From NCBI GenBank assembly GCA_965219415.1, contig CBDCNP010000002.1, positions 160,001 through 224,000 on the forward strand: a DNA stretch of 64,000 bases, written 5' to 3'. This DNA is from Candidatus Marinacidobacterales bacterium (lineage in GTDB: Bacteria > Acidobacteriota > Vicinamibacteria > Marinacidobacterales > DATDRI01). This document shows positions 62,593 to 64,000 of this stretch, in pieces. Under the pieces are notes generated by a model. That model searched no databases. It saw only the letters and a program-made list of their open reading frames with translations, and was not told where the DNA came from. The translations under genes and the position numbers were made by a program. The number at the start of each line of letters is the position of its first letter. Within the stretch, counting starts at the first letter, position 1.

Positions 62593-63269
62593 ATGGCGGA
62601 TTCCCAAGAGACCCTTTACAAGGTAGACGTGGTTCACGAGGGCAACGTTCTCGGGGAGGTATCGGTTGCGGTCGCTCGGCCCAATAACTTCCAGGCAGTG
62701 GCGATTATGGCCCATGGCGCCGGCGGGGACATGAACGCGAAGCTACTCGTTCAGCTACGGGACGGTCTCGCCGCTCGATCGGCGGCCGTGGTGCGATTCA
62801 ACTTTCTCTACAGCGAAAAGGGAAAACGGGCGCCTGATCGGCGGCCGCTGCTCGAAGCCGCCTGGCGCTCGGTCGCCGACTGGTCGCGAAAAGAGCTCCA
62901 GTCGGACGCGATTTTTCTTGGCGGGAAGTCCATGGGCGGACGGATGGCTTCTTACTTGGCGGCGGCGTCTTCTTTCTCGGCTACCCGCTTCATCCTCCGG
63001 GAAAGACCGACAAGCAGAGAAGGGATCGCTTGCCCAGAATTCCTGTTCCCGCCCTTTTCATACAAGGCACGCGGGACTCTTTCGGCAAGCCCGATTTGCT
63101 TCAGGGGGTGGTAGATGAGATGGGAGGGCGAGCAATGCTTCACGTCATTGACGAGGGGGATCATTCCTTCAAAGTTCCCAAGCGGCTCGGACGGATCGAG
63201 GGTGAAGTGACGCAAGAGATCCTCGATGTGTTGGATGGGTGGATGCGTAGGGTCGGAGAGAAAAGATGA
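62593..63269 (+). CDS. Alpha/beta hydrolase (Tex30/KANL3-like), frameshift near 62960
   Basis: AHGAGG, RFNF, GGKSMGGR, LGYPLHPPG, QGTRD, GDHSF. Confidence 0.85.
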
Positions 63270-63622
63270 GTGATAGCCGCATCGAGGCCCTCCGCCAAAT
63301 GATCGAGAAAGATCCGAACGATACGTTGGCTCGCTTCATGTTGGCAAATGAGCTCTACCAGGCGGGGGATTACGCGGCGACGGTGCAGGAGCTAGAAGCT
63401 TACCTGAAGCTCAAGGAGGACGAGGGAGCCGCTTATCGTACCCTCGGGGACGCCTTGGTTCAGTTGGGAAAGAAAAAAGAGGCTCGCTGGGCGTTTCGGC
63501 ACGGAGCCGAAGCGGCTCGCGCTCACAACCACTTGGCCATGGCCGACGAGCTCGAGAAAACGAAAGTGTGCCAAAAGACTCGAAGGCTTGACCAGACAAA
63601 AGGAGCTCGGCGAGATCGCTGA
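63266..63622 (+). CDS. Small TPR protein; C-terminus after ELEK appears foreign
   Basis: RIEAL...DPND.LARF.LA.E, AYRTLG; see inversion finding. Confidence 0.8.
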   Translation: MSDSRIEALRQMIEKDPNDTLARFMLANELYQAGDYAATVQELEAYLKLKEDEGAAYRTLGDALVQLGKKKEARWAFRHGAEAARAHNHLAMADELEKTKVCQKTRRLDQTKGARRDR

Positions 63623-64000
63623 TGTTCCACGGCGAGAACACGCGGTCCAGGCGGAACCTCACCCCTTCGAGGCTTTGCCCACTGTCTGCCAATAACCGTT
63701 GCGGAGAAACGTCCTCCAGCCGTTGGGGCAACTGCAAACGCAATCCCTTCCCATCTAGCTCCTGGGCCGGACTCAACCGCAATCTTTGTGCAGAGAGAAG
63801 TGAGTCCAGCCCGTGCGACTCGAGAAAATCCTTCACCACATCGATGGAGACGGCGAATCCCACATCTTCAGCCTCGGATAGTTTCATGCGGACCACCCCC
63901 AGAGCGTAGCCTTCCTGGCCGACCAACGGACCGCCGCTATTGCCAGGGTTCATCGTGGCGTTGGTTTGGATGTAACGTCCGCGACCCTCTTCATCGGTCC
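63551..64000 (-). CDS. Trypsin-like (S1C/HtrA-type) serine protease, partial and apparently broken near 63551
   Basis: YIQTNATMNPGNSGGPLV...GFAVS; extends beyond the window. Confidence 0.85.

Overview
GC-rich bacterial chromosomal window. Gene content resembles Acidobacteriota/Vicinamibacteria (inference from the kinase-PD40 protein, the S55 peptidase pair and the PQQ-propeller and TPR proteins). From left to right: rnj-uppP-ftsK-amidase; a complete IS110-family element whose upstream non-coding region carries readable guide matches to its own flank and end; a DnaJ/diguanylate cyclase/Fic-like cluster; an ~11.5 kb minus-strand operon mixing aromatic and histidine biosynthesis genes (aroDE-hisZGDCBHAF-hisIE-chorismate mutase-DAHP synthase-tyrA); S55 peptidase pair; disrupted ECF sigma/anti-sigma-TonB pair; pheST; kinase; gnd-pgl; a DinB/ABC/permease-amidohydrolase fusion/M55 peptidase module; an IS256-like element; several hydrolases. 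Best new observations: (1) an unannotated 39-aa leader peptide ending FAHLTYHRYHYGA, with promoter, terminator and candidate antiterminator, in front of the mixed his/aro operon, suggesting one attenuator sensing both His and Tyr/Phe; (2) a ~10 kb inversion (53.6-63.55 kb) that splits two genes, rejoins them in frame when reversed, and has the IS256-like element at its left breakpoint; (3) the ABC-2 permease-amidohydrolase fusion module; (4) three similar intergenic rod-like hairpins with a GGTTRGG segment on the 3' side. Many genes carry single-base frameshifts, probably long-read assembly errors. Product calls come from motif recognition only; no searches were run.
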